Source: Phoronis australis (lineage: Eukaryota > Animalia > Phoronida). From it: a DNA stretch of 64,000 bases. The position numbers and the translations under genes are program-made. The stretch is taken from NCBI GenBank assembly GCA_002633005.1, contig NMRA01000124.1, forward strand, positions 761,814-825,813. The letters are read 5' to 3'. The notes under the pieces were generated by a model. That model was not told where the DNA came from. It did no database searches and saw nothing but the letters and a program-made list of their open reading frames with translations. Shown piece by piece: positions 1 to 13,003 of the stretch (its first letter is position 1; every line of letters starts with the position of its first letter).

Positions 1-849
1 TCCAGCACAAGTATTGTGTGTAAACTGGATTGAACTGCAGCAAGTTGACACCGCAGTTACAACTTTTGCCACCCGTTTGAGAGGTAGAGCAATGTGCACT
101 AGAACATCTTGCACCGTGTCAATTATGTGTCTAAACGCGAAACTGAGGCAAGGTGGAAAGGATCATCTCTACTGCGCTTGTGTAATGACCTAAATACAGG
201 TTCTCTCTCTCTTCAACTCCCGTCATTTGTAAACCTGCGCATGTGTGATCCATTCTCCAGCCTACAATTTCAGTCTTGCCAAAGTTAGTGAGTTGTGTGA
301 GTCGTGTAAACAAATGCTCGACACCGATCAATTTGCAGTTGCGCTCCCCCCCCCCCCCCCCCCCNNNNNNNNNNNNNNNNNCCCCCCCCCCCCCCCGCCA
401 AAAGTTGATGTCTAAACGGGACTTCAGAGTAGACTATAAAACTGATCTCCCCATGTTTCTAATTCAGATGAAAAAAATGGTTCAGGAACAAAAGTTGATT
501 ATCATAAACTGACATTTATGAAACACAGACACGAGACAGCATTGTGGGTTGACAAGCAACTACTAAATTAAACCTAACAATTCATTTTCACCGACTCTCA
601 TAACAAGGCCATACAACATGTAACCCTTCGATATATGTTTACCAACAAACATTTACTTTTACAAGAATGACAACAACTACCCCAGCATAATACAACATTT
701 GTCTGATCATGGTCTTTCAACCCCAGCAGAAGAGCATTTCAAACAAAACTAATAAGCTGTTCATCAATATCTGGGCATTTACAAAATTGTCTAAATATTT
801 ATTCTGCTTTCATTTGTAACTTGATGCAGTACCCTGGAGAACAGTTGGA

Positions 850-1915
850 TAATTAGATCAACATGAGGGTGGCTTTATTTTATAACATGTCAGACACTCG
901 CTTCAAGACGAGACCACACACCGGCCCTGTATCGGTGATACAGTTGAGGAAAAATAGACTCTCGAATTCAGAAAACAAACTACACAATCCAACTGAGGGG
1001 ATGACTTTTCATGTCCATAAATGACAGTTGCTGCAAGGCCTAGTGCAAACAAAGAGCTACGTGTAAAGCAAGATAGCTCAGCTCCCAGCTTATGTCTGTA
1101 GCAAAATGAACCATGAGGATTTCTCCTCGTGAAGCGGCAATCTCACTTGGTAGCTTTCTTATACCGTGTGCACGTAAATCCTCACAGGATGCAAGCGACA
1201 TGAGATAAGTTCTCCGGCGATTGCCTTCGATAACCAATGAAAATTAATTATTGCATCACCTGATATCAAATCTCTCTTTTGTTAGCTTATTCTAATTGTA
1301 CGTGCAACATTTATGATGTTTAATACAAATGCAACAGGTCACCAAGCATTTTGCTCCATGTATGCTGTGACCACAATCGAGCTAATACTTGGCTATAGAT
1401 CATCTGTGGATGACAACTCAGCTCCCTTGTGCTGTGCCAAAGGGAAAAGAAAGGTGTCTTTAACAACTGTCAGAGCATCTATGTGTGCTCGCTAAATACC
1501 ACCTGGCCAATTTCCAGGTACCCCTGAAACGAGAACTCTGGTCCCCAAACCTTGTTGACAAAAGCAAAGTGAAAGCCATCAAACGTCGCCCAGGTGGCAT
1601 TTTTTTTCTCAATCAGATAATTAGGAGTGTCTCCGTATTTGGCAATGACCTATTTTCCCATCCTGAGCCCAATATCATGCACACACTGGCAGGCTCGCCC
1701 CCTGAGACAGACAAACGCAACCATGTCATCTTTCAATTTCAGTCAAACGATTCTGACTTGCACGTGTTTACTTCCTGTAGTATTTTGAGTGCATGCTTCA
1801 ATGTGACTTGGCAACTTCATGGTGACCTGGGATTTTTACCAGATCGCCAAACAATGCATGAGGTTGCCTTGACAACCAGCAGGCCGCCAAGTCAAACTCT
1901 GAACTACATACTAGA
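850..1915 (-). pseudogene. Decayed unidentified coding sequence (probable transposon ORF relic)
   Basis: Minus-strand frames read as protein-like stretches broken by isolated stops and frameshifts (SEFDLAACWLSRQPHALFGDLVKIPG; AHIDALTVVKDTFLFPLAQHKG; RTYLMSLASCEDLRAHGIRKLPSEIAASRGEIL). Family not recognised; bounds approximate. Confidence 0.35.
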
Positions 1916-2179
1916 TTCATTTTGACAGATTTTATAATTGAGGCATAAAGGTACTCTGAAATGTAAGTACCTTGAAAAGAAAGAAGTTGTATAATTTTTA
2001 TGATGTAATGTTAGGTAATAGAAAGAGTTCTGTTCAGTTTAATCATATTTTAAATACAAAGTTGTGAGTGAATTTTTCCACTAGTAACATGGATTATTTA
2101 GAAAAACATTCAGGTTGAGTTAAAATTACAATTTTCAAAATTAACCGCCGGAGAAAATTGACAAAACGTGTAAAATAAG

Positions 2180-3545
2180 CGTATGGCTACTGACTATATA
2201 ATGAAAAACAATCCCAGAGTTACTCGAGCTGAACTCACCGCATGGAGCTATTCAAATTTGCTACCAGTAAAACCCATTTTGTATTTAATGGGGAGGTTTT
2301 TAACCAAACTGATGGTATAGCAATGGGTTCACCTTTGGCTCCCATACTAGCTGGCATGTTTTAGGTCACCATGAGAAAACATGGATTGAGACATACACTG
2401 GTCCTCACATCTATTTCTATCGACGATATGTAGATGATGTGTTTTGTATACTTGAAAATCAGCAGTCAGCCTAGGAATTTTTGGTGTATTCAAACTCAAG
2501 GCATCCTAATTTGAAATTCAGTATAGAATTAGAGGTCGATAACATTTTGCCATTTCTGGACGTGTTGGAGCGTGAGGGTACCTCAGTGATAACATCAGTA
2601 TTTCATAAGAAGACCTACACAGGACCGTACACTTGTTTTCATAGCTTCACATCTTTTGTTTATAAAGTAGCCTACGTCTCATTAAAACTCTAATAGACAG
2701 GGTATATCGCATTAACAACACTTGGGCTAGATTTGATTCTAATATTAAAGAACTTACAACGAATTTGCAAAAGAACGGATATCCCATAGAATTAGTCAAT
2801 AGGGTACTGAAAAAAGACTCCAACGTAACCCTGATGATGTTCATCCTGTAGACAAAACTAACTACAAGTACTTTAAAATACCCTATGTTGGGTTTTACGC
2901 CAACATTGCTCATGCAACGAAAACTCAATAAATTCAGTTGGTGAATGATTACTGTGTGAACTTAAGAGTTGTATTAACATTCAAGTCTCTAAAACTGTCG
3001 AATTTATTTAACCCTAAGGACAAAATTTCTACGGGTCTACGGTCCAAGGTATCTGTGCTGGATGTGGCTCCAGTTATATAGGCGAAACTGTTCACCATTT
3101 GAAAACCAGGGCCAAGGAACATCTAAACTCTGACAGAAATTCACTGACATGTAAATATTCACCTACAGAGCTCCAATCATTGTTATCAGCAGTGCTCTTT
3201 CAATGACTTTGCAATAATAGACCAGGCAGTAACAACAATGGAGCTTAAAATTCATGAGGCTTTACACATCAGTTGGTGCAAGCCCAATCTCAATAGGCAA
3301 CTGACACACCACAGGTTGTCATCGTTGGTCTAGTTCATTGTCACTCCCTGTAACTGACTGTATCTGTGCTTCATTACTTGTTGCTGGGCCTAGCTAGGTG
3401 GCCACTGTATTATCACTTCTGAGGATGGTGTTGAATAAATGACACCGAAACATGTCAAGTCTTAAAACCGTTGTTGTTTTCTTGAATATATTAATATAAG
3501 TAGGAATTATCAACCTCCTGTTTTGACTTTGTAACTGGACAGGAT
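2180..3545 (+). mobile_element. 5'-truncated, decayed Penelope-like retroelement (RT + GIY-YIG endonuclease) with 3' hammerhead-bearing tail
   Basis: RT motifs FATSKTHFVFNG, DGIAMGSPLAP, YRRYVDD, HPNLKFSIE, LPFLDV; GIY-YIG motifs CAGCGSSYIGET..KTRAKEH and ELKIHEALHISWCKPNLNRQ; stop at 3331-3333; internal frameshifts and stops. Outer bounds approximate. Confidence 0.93.
3415..3460 (+). ncRNA. Minimal type I hammerhead ribozyme of the PLE
   Basis: ACUU-CUGAGGA-U-GGUGUU(gaauaaau)GACACC-GAAA-CAUG-UC^AAGU: stem I ACUU/AAGU, intact core, stem II, palindromic mini stem III ACAUGU, GUC cleavage triplet. Confidence 0.85.
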
Positions 3546-3701
3546 ATACAGGCAAGATGTTCCAAATTGTTTTTAAAAATATCAGGTAATTGTAATATTG
3601 TCGATGCTATGTTTATTCTATTCTATTCTACTATAAATTATCAATTGACATAGAAAGTCCATTGCTTCGTGTACGCATACTATTACATCTCATCTATAAC
3701 A

Positions 3702-3786
3702 ACCCTATCCAGGTAGTCACCCTATCCAGGTAGTCACCCTATCCAGGTAGTCACCCTATCCAGGTAGTCACCCTATCCAGGTAGTC
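3702..3786. repeat. 17-bp minisatellite x5
   Basis: Five perfect copies of accctatccaggtagtc. Confidence 0.97.
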
Positions 3787-4119
3787 AAAGTACTTAGCCG
3801 GTTCAGGGAAAGGCCAAGGGCAAACCTTGAAAACAAAAGTTGGTCACAGTTGAACAGATCACTTTGAAAGCCACAGTATCAAGTTGGCAAACAATAGTGA
3901 TATCATCACTAATTTATTGTGACAGATTGGTGTGCTCATCACATATAGGTGTTAATACTAGAATTGATAAGCCTTGTCAATGATTAGCCTAAAAAGCTTT
4001 AACTAGGTGACGACACTGTTTTTAGGGGTGGGTAACCTAGCATTCTTCTGAAACGTTGTGAGTTCTCTTTCTATCCATTGTTCCTTTGTATGGCCGTGGC
4101 AAAATTCCGATTTCAACAA

Positions 4120-4299
4120 TTTAAAAGTAAGGCAGACTCAGTTTGGTTCAAAAGTAACCCGACGCACTTGCTTTGTCCACTCGGTCCATATTTTCCCGTC
4201 TTTGATTGATGTTGGTAAGGCGATGGACATTTGTCAAGTTTATTCATTTTTCGCAACGGAGTTGCAGCCGACAGCATAGCAGTAATACTTCGTTGGCAT
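4120..4299 (-). pseudogene. Degenerate THAP zinc-finger domain (DNA-transposon relic)
   Basis: MPTKYYCYAVGCNSVAKNE*T*QMSIALPTSIKDGKIWTEWTKQVRRVTFEPN*VC fits the THAP pattern MP..C.(V)GC.N...P...W...RR..F.P...C, with in-frame stops. Confidence 0.6.
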
Positions 4300-4765
4300 T
4301 GGATGGACGAATAGAGTAATACAGCCAAGAAAAAACTTGTATAGAGTAGGACAACAAAGAACTTGTGGACCTCCAACAGCATGAAAACACCAGGCTACAA
4401 AAGTGCTCGACAGATATTGCAGCATTGTGGGTTTTACAAATACAGCCAGATTTGACGGTCACTAGGTAATACGAGGCGGCCTTATTGTGATTACTAATAT
4501 GTCATATTAAAGAACCCAGAAGAATTCTACCCCAAAACATGAACCAAAACAATGGTGTTCAAAGATGGAGCTATGTGAGGCTTTAAATGGAAGGAAACAC
4601 AATAAAACTGATTTGACAGCTGAAAATTATTCAGTTCAATAGTTTCTTGACAGTGACTGGGAAATTAAGATGACACGCACTAAACATCTAAAAGAATATA
4701 ATATATGCCCTAGGGAAATATCTTCAAAACACCGTTAGGACTTGGTTTTAAGATGTTTCACTTTG

Positions 4766-5276
4766 TAGGGCTCGATGCTTGGCTAATCATCAACTCGCAT
4801 TTGGCTAGCAAGAATAGCAGGTCGCCAAATGAAATCTGAGGTCGCCAAAACCGAAAATGTTGGGCCAGCAGCTAAATGAATTTGTAGGCATCATAACAAC
4901 TTGTCGAGCAAGAAAAAGGTCCAACGCCGGTAGCGCCACCCAATTTCCCCATAAATGCCTAAATATAGGCATGTACCTCAATTCCTCCCATCTGCGAACA
5001 AACGTTACTTAACAATTCCAGCTTCTGCCAGTTTATTTCCTTTTGTAATTTAAATGTCATGGCAAATGCGCTGATTTCAAAAAATAAACCAAGCACTAGT
5101 GAAACAAAGGTAATTAATGTCCGAAAACTGACAGTAATTTAAAGTTACACGTCAACAAGAACTTTGCAACAGATTTAGGGGCAATTACTGTCTGACTTTG
5201 ATACCTGCAATGGTGTCATCATGGTAACTTTTCTGAGGTTGCATTGGCGACCTATTGGTGGCCAAATCGAGCGCTG
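4766..5276. mobile_element. Non-autonomous hAT-like element (MITE)
   Basis: Imperfect TIRs tagggctcgat / atcgagcgctg; subterminal ggtcgccaa / ttggcgacc; flanks ctttg / ctttt. Confidence 0.55.
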
Positions 5277-6829
5277 CTTTTATATAAGGTATGGTTAAAA
5301 GTACAGTCAAAGATCAGAATAATCTGAAATCTTTATGTTAAAAGCAGTGCTGTGCATATGTGAAAAGATCACTAACAAAATGTACCATTTTGGAGACACC
5401 ATCTTAAAGTGACTGTAAACCAGAAATCTGTCACAAAAGTTTGCAAAAAGTGACACTTCGTTATACCTCGAGACCACATTCTTCACATAAAATGTCACGC
5501 TGTGACAAGCCAACTTGTAGAGCCTGGTCTCAAGCACTAACAATTTGACTGCAGGATAATTTGAGATTAATATCATAATGGTAAGTGTCCAAAATTAAAA
5601 CTTGATTTTTGCGATGGAAAGTGGGGGTTTATAGCCTCTTTAAATATTCATATCGAGATATCTAGATGCATTATTACACTTGTTTGTGATAAATTTCACT
5701 AAAAACAAACACCATAAACATAATCAATGGCTCTTATCAAGTAAAATTCAGATTTTCTACTTACAGTCAATTCAAGAACTTGTATTGAATTTAACTCTGC
5801 AGTTTTGTAGATACTTATTAGAATACAAAGGCTAGCTCAATTTTAACCTTAAACTACAGTGCAGTACTACTTGCAAAGTCATTGTTATCAATTAAAGGTT
5901 ACAAAATGTTGAAATTTATTGTTTCAATAATTACCTCTAATTCGGGTAAAATCACATCCTAAAATGCGCGGAAAATCCGAGACGCAATCTTGGTCACAAA
6001 GAGATAACATTGAAATCATCGGGTTCTACAGCATAATAATCGGAATATAGGACGCCCCCTATGTTGTACTATCCCCAGATCGAAATAAGATCATCTGAAT
6101 GCTAACGATGAAATATGAGTTCTTCCTGTACATGCTCATTTATGTAATCTTTAAATGACATAGGCGCTTATGTAATCTACACATTGTACATTGTCATCAA
6201 AACGGATCTCGCTTAACTGTCTAGTTCGTGTTTGTATCAGCCGGCAACACCCAATTTAACAGTATTCTTCTAGCGAGACAGTGTCATATAACAACAGTCC
6301 AGCAGATGGAAATGGGAACCTAAAAATCGATGTTCTCCAAAACCTATTTTGACACATCGCTGTATCTTGTTTGAACTTTCCCTTGGTGAGTTTGGCTTAC
6401 TTGCCTAGAGCTTGAAAACTCACGTAATAAGTTTGCAATATTGGGAGATTAGTAATTTTTTAAGCACAATAGGACATTTTGGACTTTTGTTACCAGTTCA
6501 ATGCATTTAATCTAAGACTTAACACACAAACTCCGCACAGTATGGACACGAACATGAATTTTGTAATTCCTGTCGAGTTTGAATTTTCTGTTGTGGAAAA
6601 CACTGGAAATGTCCGATATTACTTCTTTGTTTGTTTCAAGTCTAAGTAGCACCCGGCCCTTGAAGCATTTTAGCTAGATTGTAATCATGACAAATATTTC
6701 ATCAAATACGCAAAATCAAGGCAGCCATTATAGGAAATTCTACTTTTGCTAGTAACTTCCTTACCGAGCACTGCGATTAGATTATTTTCATGTTTTCACA
6801 TATTTCTATGGTCAGTGAATTTAATGGAG

Positions 6830-7215
6830 CTACCTTGGATGTGGAAACCTGAAGAATTTGCATAGATTATGCAAATTAAGGCAGCCATGATTGAAAATTC
6901 TACTTGTGCCTATTGCCGCTTCCAGTGCTGGTATCAGACACCCTAAGCTAATTATATTGATATTTGCACCCACGTTTTTTGGTTTCTGAATTTGTAGGTT
7001 GTTGCATAAAAGATTTGCATAATTTATACAATTAATAGCCACCATTATTCAAAATTTTGTTATTTAAAATTTCGTTTCTGCTCGTGATAATTTCTTTCTT
7101 GCACTACATGTACATTATTTTGATATTTGCACCCATGTTTTGAGGTAAGTGAATTTAAACAAATCAGTTTGCAGGTCATTTCACACGCATAATTTATATT
7201 AAGTAAGACCACCAA
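6830..7215. repeat. Degenerate ~163-bp tandem repeat relic
   Basis: tgatatttgcaccca(c/t)gtttt recurs at ~6958 and 7121, and gcataatttata at ~7017 and ~7188. Confidence 0.55.
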
Positions 7216-8499
7216 GAATAGTTTGGCTCATCGTCTTGGTTACATTACTCAGGATGGCTTGATAAATTTTGAGTGTCTTTTGCACAACATCATCTAAAAC
7301 AAGACCATAAATTATTTTCAGAAGCATGCTGCTAGTATGGAGAACCATCTTACCTTTTAGTCATACAACTCCAGTGCCCCCCAAAGAATCCCACCTCCCA
7401 TAACCGAGTGCATCTCCACATCCGCCACCACAATTTTTTCGAAACCCAGGAGAATCACTCAACTCTACACATGGAATGCACGTGAACCATACATGACTAC
7501 TCGACTACAATATCAACTAAAAACATATCGGTAATTATAAAAAATCTAAACAAGTTATTTCCAGGTTTTTATGATATAATTTCATTTCTTCCCACAGTCT
7601 TAACATAAAACGTTCAATGGACTCACAGTGAATAATTTCCAAGTTATAATACTGGGTACTTGCACAAATTCGCAATTATGCTTGAAAAAGAGATGTTATG
7701 TTCAAACTACAATGATTTTGCATGCTTGGAACACTGGCGCTTGCATATTTGCATTGCTAAAACGAGGCATTGTGTCCTAAACAACAATGTACAACGATCA
7801 TTTTTGTAGCAGCACCAAAGTGTGCTCGTGTTGAATAACGATTTACTTTCAGATTGCTTCATCTTGCTGTGAGGAATGAAGAAACCAGTCAGACACATCG
7901 CTATTCCATTTCATAACAGTACGGATGTACGAATAAACATGCCAACCTTCGAACTAGACCCGCATTCTGTTGTGCTATTTAAATCATGTCATAGCCATAA
8001 TTTATATGGCAGGGGAATGACAGCGGTGTTTTTTTTTCATTACAAATATATCATCAGAGACTACAAAAGCAGGTGAAATTGAGCCATATTAAGCTGTCGA
8101 GGAAAGCAGGCGTAACATTGGGAATACAAATACAGCAATATCTCTTCATTTCCACACAAATACAAATGATCGATTACATTGTTAAAATCAAAATTATACC
8201 AAACTTTTGTATTAAGATAGCAGTTATGTATACTCACACTAACGACAAAAAAAATTTTAAATTATGTTTCTTCCCTGGATGAGAAATTTGTTATTAAGTA
8301 ATAAAATCTTACAGGTTTGCCATATTTCATTTGAAGACAATACTGAAGGCTGGAAGTTAAAGTAATAACCAACCATTTGATTGAAGTATTGAAACTATTT
8401 CACAGTCCTCGCAATAGGGGACTTTTTATACTGGCACGCTCTGGAGTAAAGAGAGCACAATAAGTGTTTTCTGACTAAGATTTGGTGGACAGTTATTTA

Positions 8500-11400
8500 T
8501 CTACTACACAGAAGTACATTAATAAAATAGCATAGGAATAAATTCCACATCAGCTCCACCCAATGTTCGATTGTTTTACGTTCACTAATATATATAAGTT
8601 TTGACACAGGCTATGATCGAAATTCCCCCACTTTGTCACCCACAACCAATGGCTTTGGCGTAAATTCCTCTTCGCAGTAGGAAATGTATGGAACACTATG
8701 TTCTTCTTCATCCATTGGTATTTCACAAGCCGAAGGTTTGCCTTTTTTGTAAGGCATTAGTACATCTCACCACACAGCCGTGGAAATTTACTGACATTAT
8801 GATAACCGCAAAGGTGTTAAAATGCTGTTTATACCAGTAGCTTGAAACCTCCCGTTCGTATTGCATGGAATCTGTAAATGGTGCTGAACATCTGTCCACT
8901 AAAGACCTGATCGTTGTCTGGCAGAATAGTGAATTTCAATACGGTGCAGCTATTTCACAAGTCAGCTTTCATTGTCTATGAGTTTCCCCAAGATACGATT
9001 TCACATACCATGAATTCTCTTTCCTACTAAACGCAATTCATGGTAATTTTTGCTAATGGCTATTGCCAAACATACCTGAATGAATGACCTCAGAATATGA
9101 CTTGTAAAAATATGTTACCCATTGCACGGAACTTTCCATGGACAGGTTTACAAAAAAATTCTCCAGATTGGGAGTCTGTAAAATTTGGGACAGTCTACAA
9201 AAATTGGGACACTGAAATTGAAGCTAAAAAAATCGAATTTTATTGATTTTGAAAATTGGGATATGGGTAATTAGGGCGTTTATCATGTTTCCCAAATATC
9301 GGACACTGCATTTTGTATTAACAAAGCCGCCAATGTAAAATTCGCCTTCCTCGTGATTCATAACTTTTGGACAGTCAATATTGCTAATTTCTAAATTTTG
9401 GTATGAGCTCTGACCCAAACTGGAGAATTTTTACCATATCTTTTTTTCATTCTAAGTAAGTTCTCAATACACGGTTCCAAGTGGAGTTTTCTCCATTTTG
9501 GCTTTCCATAGTCCACCAACTGTTGACAGGAGATACGGCAACTGTTGATAGGAGGGTCACTGCTCTCTTATCAGCTAATGATGCCCTTTCAGTGAACAAG
9601 GAACAAAGGTATTTTGTGTCACAGATTAATAAAGCAAGTGCATTTTCACAAATAATCACAGCTTTAGTATGTCTTGATTGTCAGTTCATTAATTAACTTT
9701 CAGCTGTTTCATTATTTTAAACAGCCATATGCTTTCTACGACCTGTAACATCAAGCTCAAAACATGGAATACCTTAGAATTTCTTCAATTTTAGACAAGA
9801 ATTGCCAAAATTACCTGCTCTATTTTTTCAAGTTTTTCTAACGCTGCTGTGAACGCCCACGATTCTTGCAAAGGATTTTCTATTGGTAGTTATGGTACAG
9901 AACTTGAACGTGTTGAAATATCAACTTGATGTTACATACAGCTTTTAAGATATTTCTAAGATATAAAATTTCACTAGCCAGCCTTGTTGTCCTAAATAGG
10001 TGAGATTACCATACGATATCTGCATGTATACTCCCCACAAATGGCCTTTAGGGCCCCGACATAGGTCTGATGCATACATCATCTAGTGCAAATCTTTCTC
10101 TCGAACACAGTGGGAGAAATGCCACATGAGGGAAAAAGTTTGACTACACTAAAATCTCGCCAATTTCCAATAAAAACAATAACTAATAGCCAGAATTGTC
10201 TCTTTTTCAAAAACTTAACACATCGTTGCAAATGCCCAACATTTTTCTAAACATTATTCAAAAGACAGCCAGAACTTGAAAATGGTAAACCATCATTAGT
10301 GCTACTCAACGAAAATGAAATTTCCCTTTTTCGCCAAGTGGTGTCCTAACTTGGTGTGATTTTACGGTATGAATTCAAGAATATTTGCCCAACTTTTCAT
10401 TAATATCGGCCCAGATGGTAGCAGCAAGAATTTGATGTTGCAATAAGTCAATAACAGATGTGAAGCACAGGCAGTAAATAACACCGTTTTTATGACGATG
10501 CCTTTCAACTTCAGTATACGACGTTATTTCCTCTTGCTATTGATCAGTAATTGCCATAACTAGAAATCAAACCTGCTCTGTCTAGGTACTGCATCTTACC
10601 AGGATTTTTGACAAACAGGACCCCACAAACATAGGCTAATCGACCTCTATTTGGGAAAAGATTCTGAATATATACCTCTGGGACTACATTCGGAGCCAGA
10701 GTTAAAAGTATCTATGGTTAGTCTTTTACCTGCTGATTTCATGACCAGGAATATCCATAATGGTGAGATATGTCTAACACGGCGAGGAAAATTTTATTGA
10801 CAATTACGACACAATCATTAAATATAGTCAAAGTAACAGTGGGACATTCGACAAAGGAAAATTTGCGAGTATTATTTCTTTGAACAAGGAGGAAGCATCC
10901 AAGTTTAATTGATGTTCAGAGACGTTCATCCACCCGTGTGTGGGTCCACTCAAATTTCGCCTGCAAAGGGCGCTAAATTCTGTGTCATTTGGTGTTTTTC
11001 TCAAGTTGTATGGATGCAATGAAACTGAGAAAGTTTTTAAAGAACAATCTCCAAAAACCAACGTACAAACACAAAATTCTGACAAGCACTTCCAGGAATA
11101 ACTATTGTGCTGTCTATAATTGCGTAAGATTTACATATATCATTGCATAGGTTTCTAAAAAAGATGTCGAGCACGGAATATTTATTCTTGTACAGTTAGC
11201 TGATTGCGATCACACAAAGACAGTCATTTTGTAAGTTATTATTGTACTACAATTCATTTCCTTAAAGATCTAAAACATTTCAGTATGCAGGGATCACTTC
11301 AGACAAAAATCCCTCTAGAGCAGTAAAGCGAGCCACATAGCCTCAAATATACAATATATCAACATTAGGGTTTGATGGGTTACATTAAATTTTTCTTTTA

Positions 11401-11870
11401 ATTACTGATTGGAGTTCACTGGGCATCATATTTCATGTGTGTATGCTATATTAGTGCGTTGTAAACAAGACTTGTGATATCAACGTTTTTCAGTTTAAAG
11501 CCAAATACGTAAATCCACCGAGTTGGGATTTGTATTTTTGTGGCATGCAGGCCATACCAAGCACTGAGAGAACAAATAATTCCCAGAGTCAACAGCGAGA
11601 CCATGGTGGTGACAAGGTTGTACTTAATAATGTTAAAGATAAAAATGCTTAAAATTTGTAAGATTTCAAAACCCATAAGTTGTGATTTTTTGGCCCTAAA
11701 AGTACTTCCATAGAATAGAGGTAAATCCGTAACAGTTGGAAGCCCTACGTTCAATACTTGGTGATTGACATCCAAGAGATGGTTACACATACAGGCTGGA
11801 TGCATTGAAAAAATGTTGTATGTCATCAATGACCTTACAGGAAATGTGGATTTGGAAGTAATCATTTACT
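8500..11870 (-). pseudogene. Long decayed reading frame, unidentified (TE- or gene-derived)
   Basis: Successive minus-strand protein-like segments with scattered stops and frameshifts: GLPTVTDLPLFYGSTFRAKK; GYVARFTALEGFLSEVIP; LAPNVVPEVYIQNLFPNRGRL; QQLVDYGKPKWRKLHLEPCIENLL; DSMQYEREVSSYWYKQHF. Interrupted by a MITE. Confidence 0.45.
9154..9432. mobile_element. MITE inserted in the decayed frame
   Basis: TIRs aaaaattctccagattggg (9154-9172) / cccaaactggagaattttt (9414-9432), 18/19 match. Confidence 0.75.
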
Positions 11871-12311
11871 ACAATTAGTGCTAACAATCGTGCATTTCTG
11901 TTAACTGTGTTTTAGTCGCTTCTGTCTTGATATGATAGACCAGCGGCCACCCCGCAGCAGAGTGCTGAATCCCTCTTGAATCAATCAAATCACTTTACAT
12001 TGACCTTGACCTGACTACCGTAAGTTCCAACATCCAGTTGAATTCGAGGAGACGTTGCAGGCAAGTCGCAAGCACCTTACTCCTTGGAAGTCTTTTTGAT
12101 GTCTTCTATGGCACAAGGCATTAAAGAAAGCATTTCCTGCATGCATGCAATTAAAATCGAATTAACTTTAGAGCATGGCGGACACTTAAAACACATGTCC
12201 CCAAACAATAGTCATACTTGTTATACTCAAGTTGTACACGTGCATTTTTATAGTTAAAGATATATTCGACAGAGACATTCGAGATTCAGTGTTATAGTGA
12301 AAAACCACCTC

Positions 12312-12810
12312 GTTCCAAGTTTCTAACTTCACCTCTTGCTACAAATCCAGGTATCCTAACCAGTCGCCCAATGAGTAATTACCCATAGGCAAGTAAGAGG
12401 CCTTCATACTAGTTCACTCACTGCAGATTCACCACTCTTCCCCATCCAATGATTAGGCGTCGTGGTGCTTGGAACTCATGACGGGATTGCACCCCCCTAC
12501 ATCCATCTCCTCCACAAAAGGCGGCATAAACCCTCTCTCTCATCAGGAGTACCTATATCATTGTTGGGCACTAGCACAGCAAAAACTCCCATTATTCCAA
12601 GCACAGGCACTCTCGTCAGCTGCCCGCTGCTTTATACAATAGTTACATCATGCTGAGCTGACTACAGGTGCCTGTGTTCCAAGTTTCGAATCTGGTCTCT
12701 CTTGCTTCAGTTCAAAGCCAGCCTGACTTCATAACCAGTCGAATAAAGAGCAATTGCCCATAGGATAGTCATTAAGGGAGGCCTTTATATTACACACTAT
12801 TTAGATTCAT
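12312..12810. repeat. Old diverged tandem duplication (~364-bp spacing)
   Basis: gttccaagtttc...ctcttgct...taaccagtcg...cccatagg...gaggcctt occurs at ~12312 and again at ~12676. Confidence 0.6.
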
Positions 12811-12869
12811 CATGGTACAGGTTTCCTTTGAAAAAAATGTAATGAATGGATGAATAAACCGAGTGACAC

Positions 12870-12965
12870 CACAGGCGTCCTCAGCTTCTGACTGTCCTCA
12901 ATACACTAGATATTTGCCAATGGCATTGGGAAGGATCAGAACTTCAGAAGCTCAGGACGCCTGTG
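12870..12965. repeat. Foldback hairpin (small MITE-like)
   Basis: cacaggcgtcctcagcttctga / tcagaagctcaggacgcctgtg, 21/22 complementary, with further imperfect inner pairing. Confidence 0.8.
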
Positions 12966-13003
12966 ACTGAGGCACACAATCCACGGAGATATACAAAGCC
13001 TAC

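Noticed and set aside
276-512. Polyproline ORF
   Set aside because: Produced by poly-C runs flanking an N gap.
3702-3786. 17-bp array as CRISPR or iteron
   Set aside because: Contiguous identical units with no spacers; a simple minisatellite.
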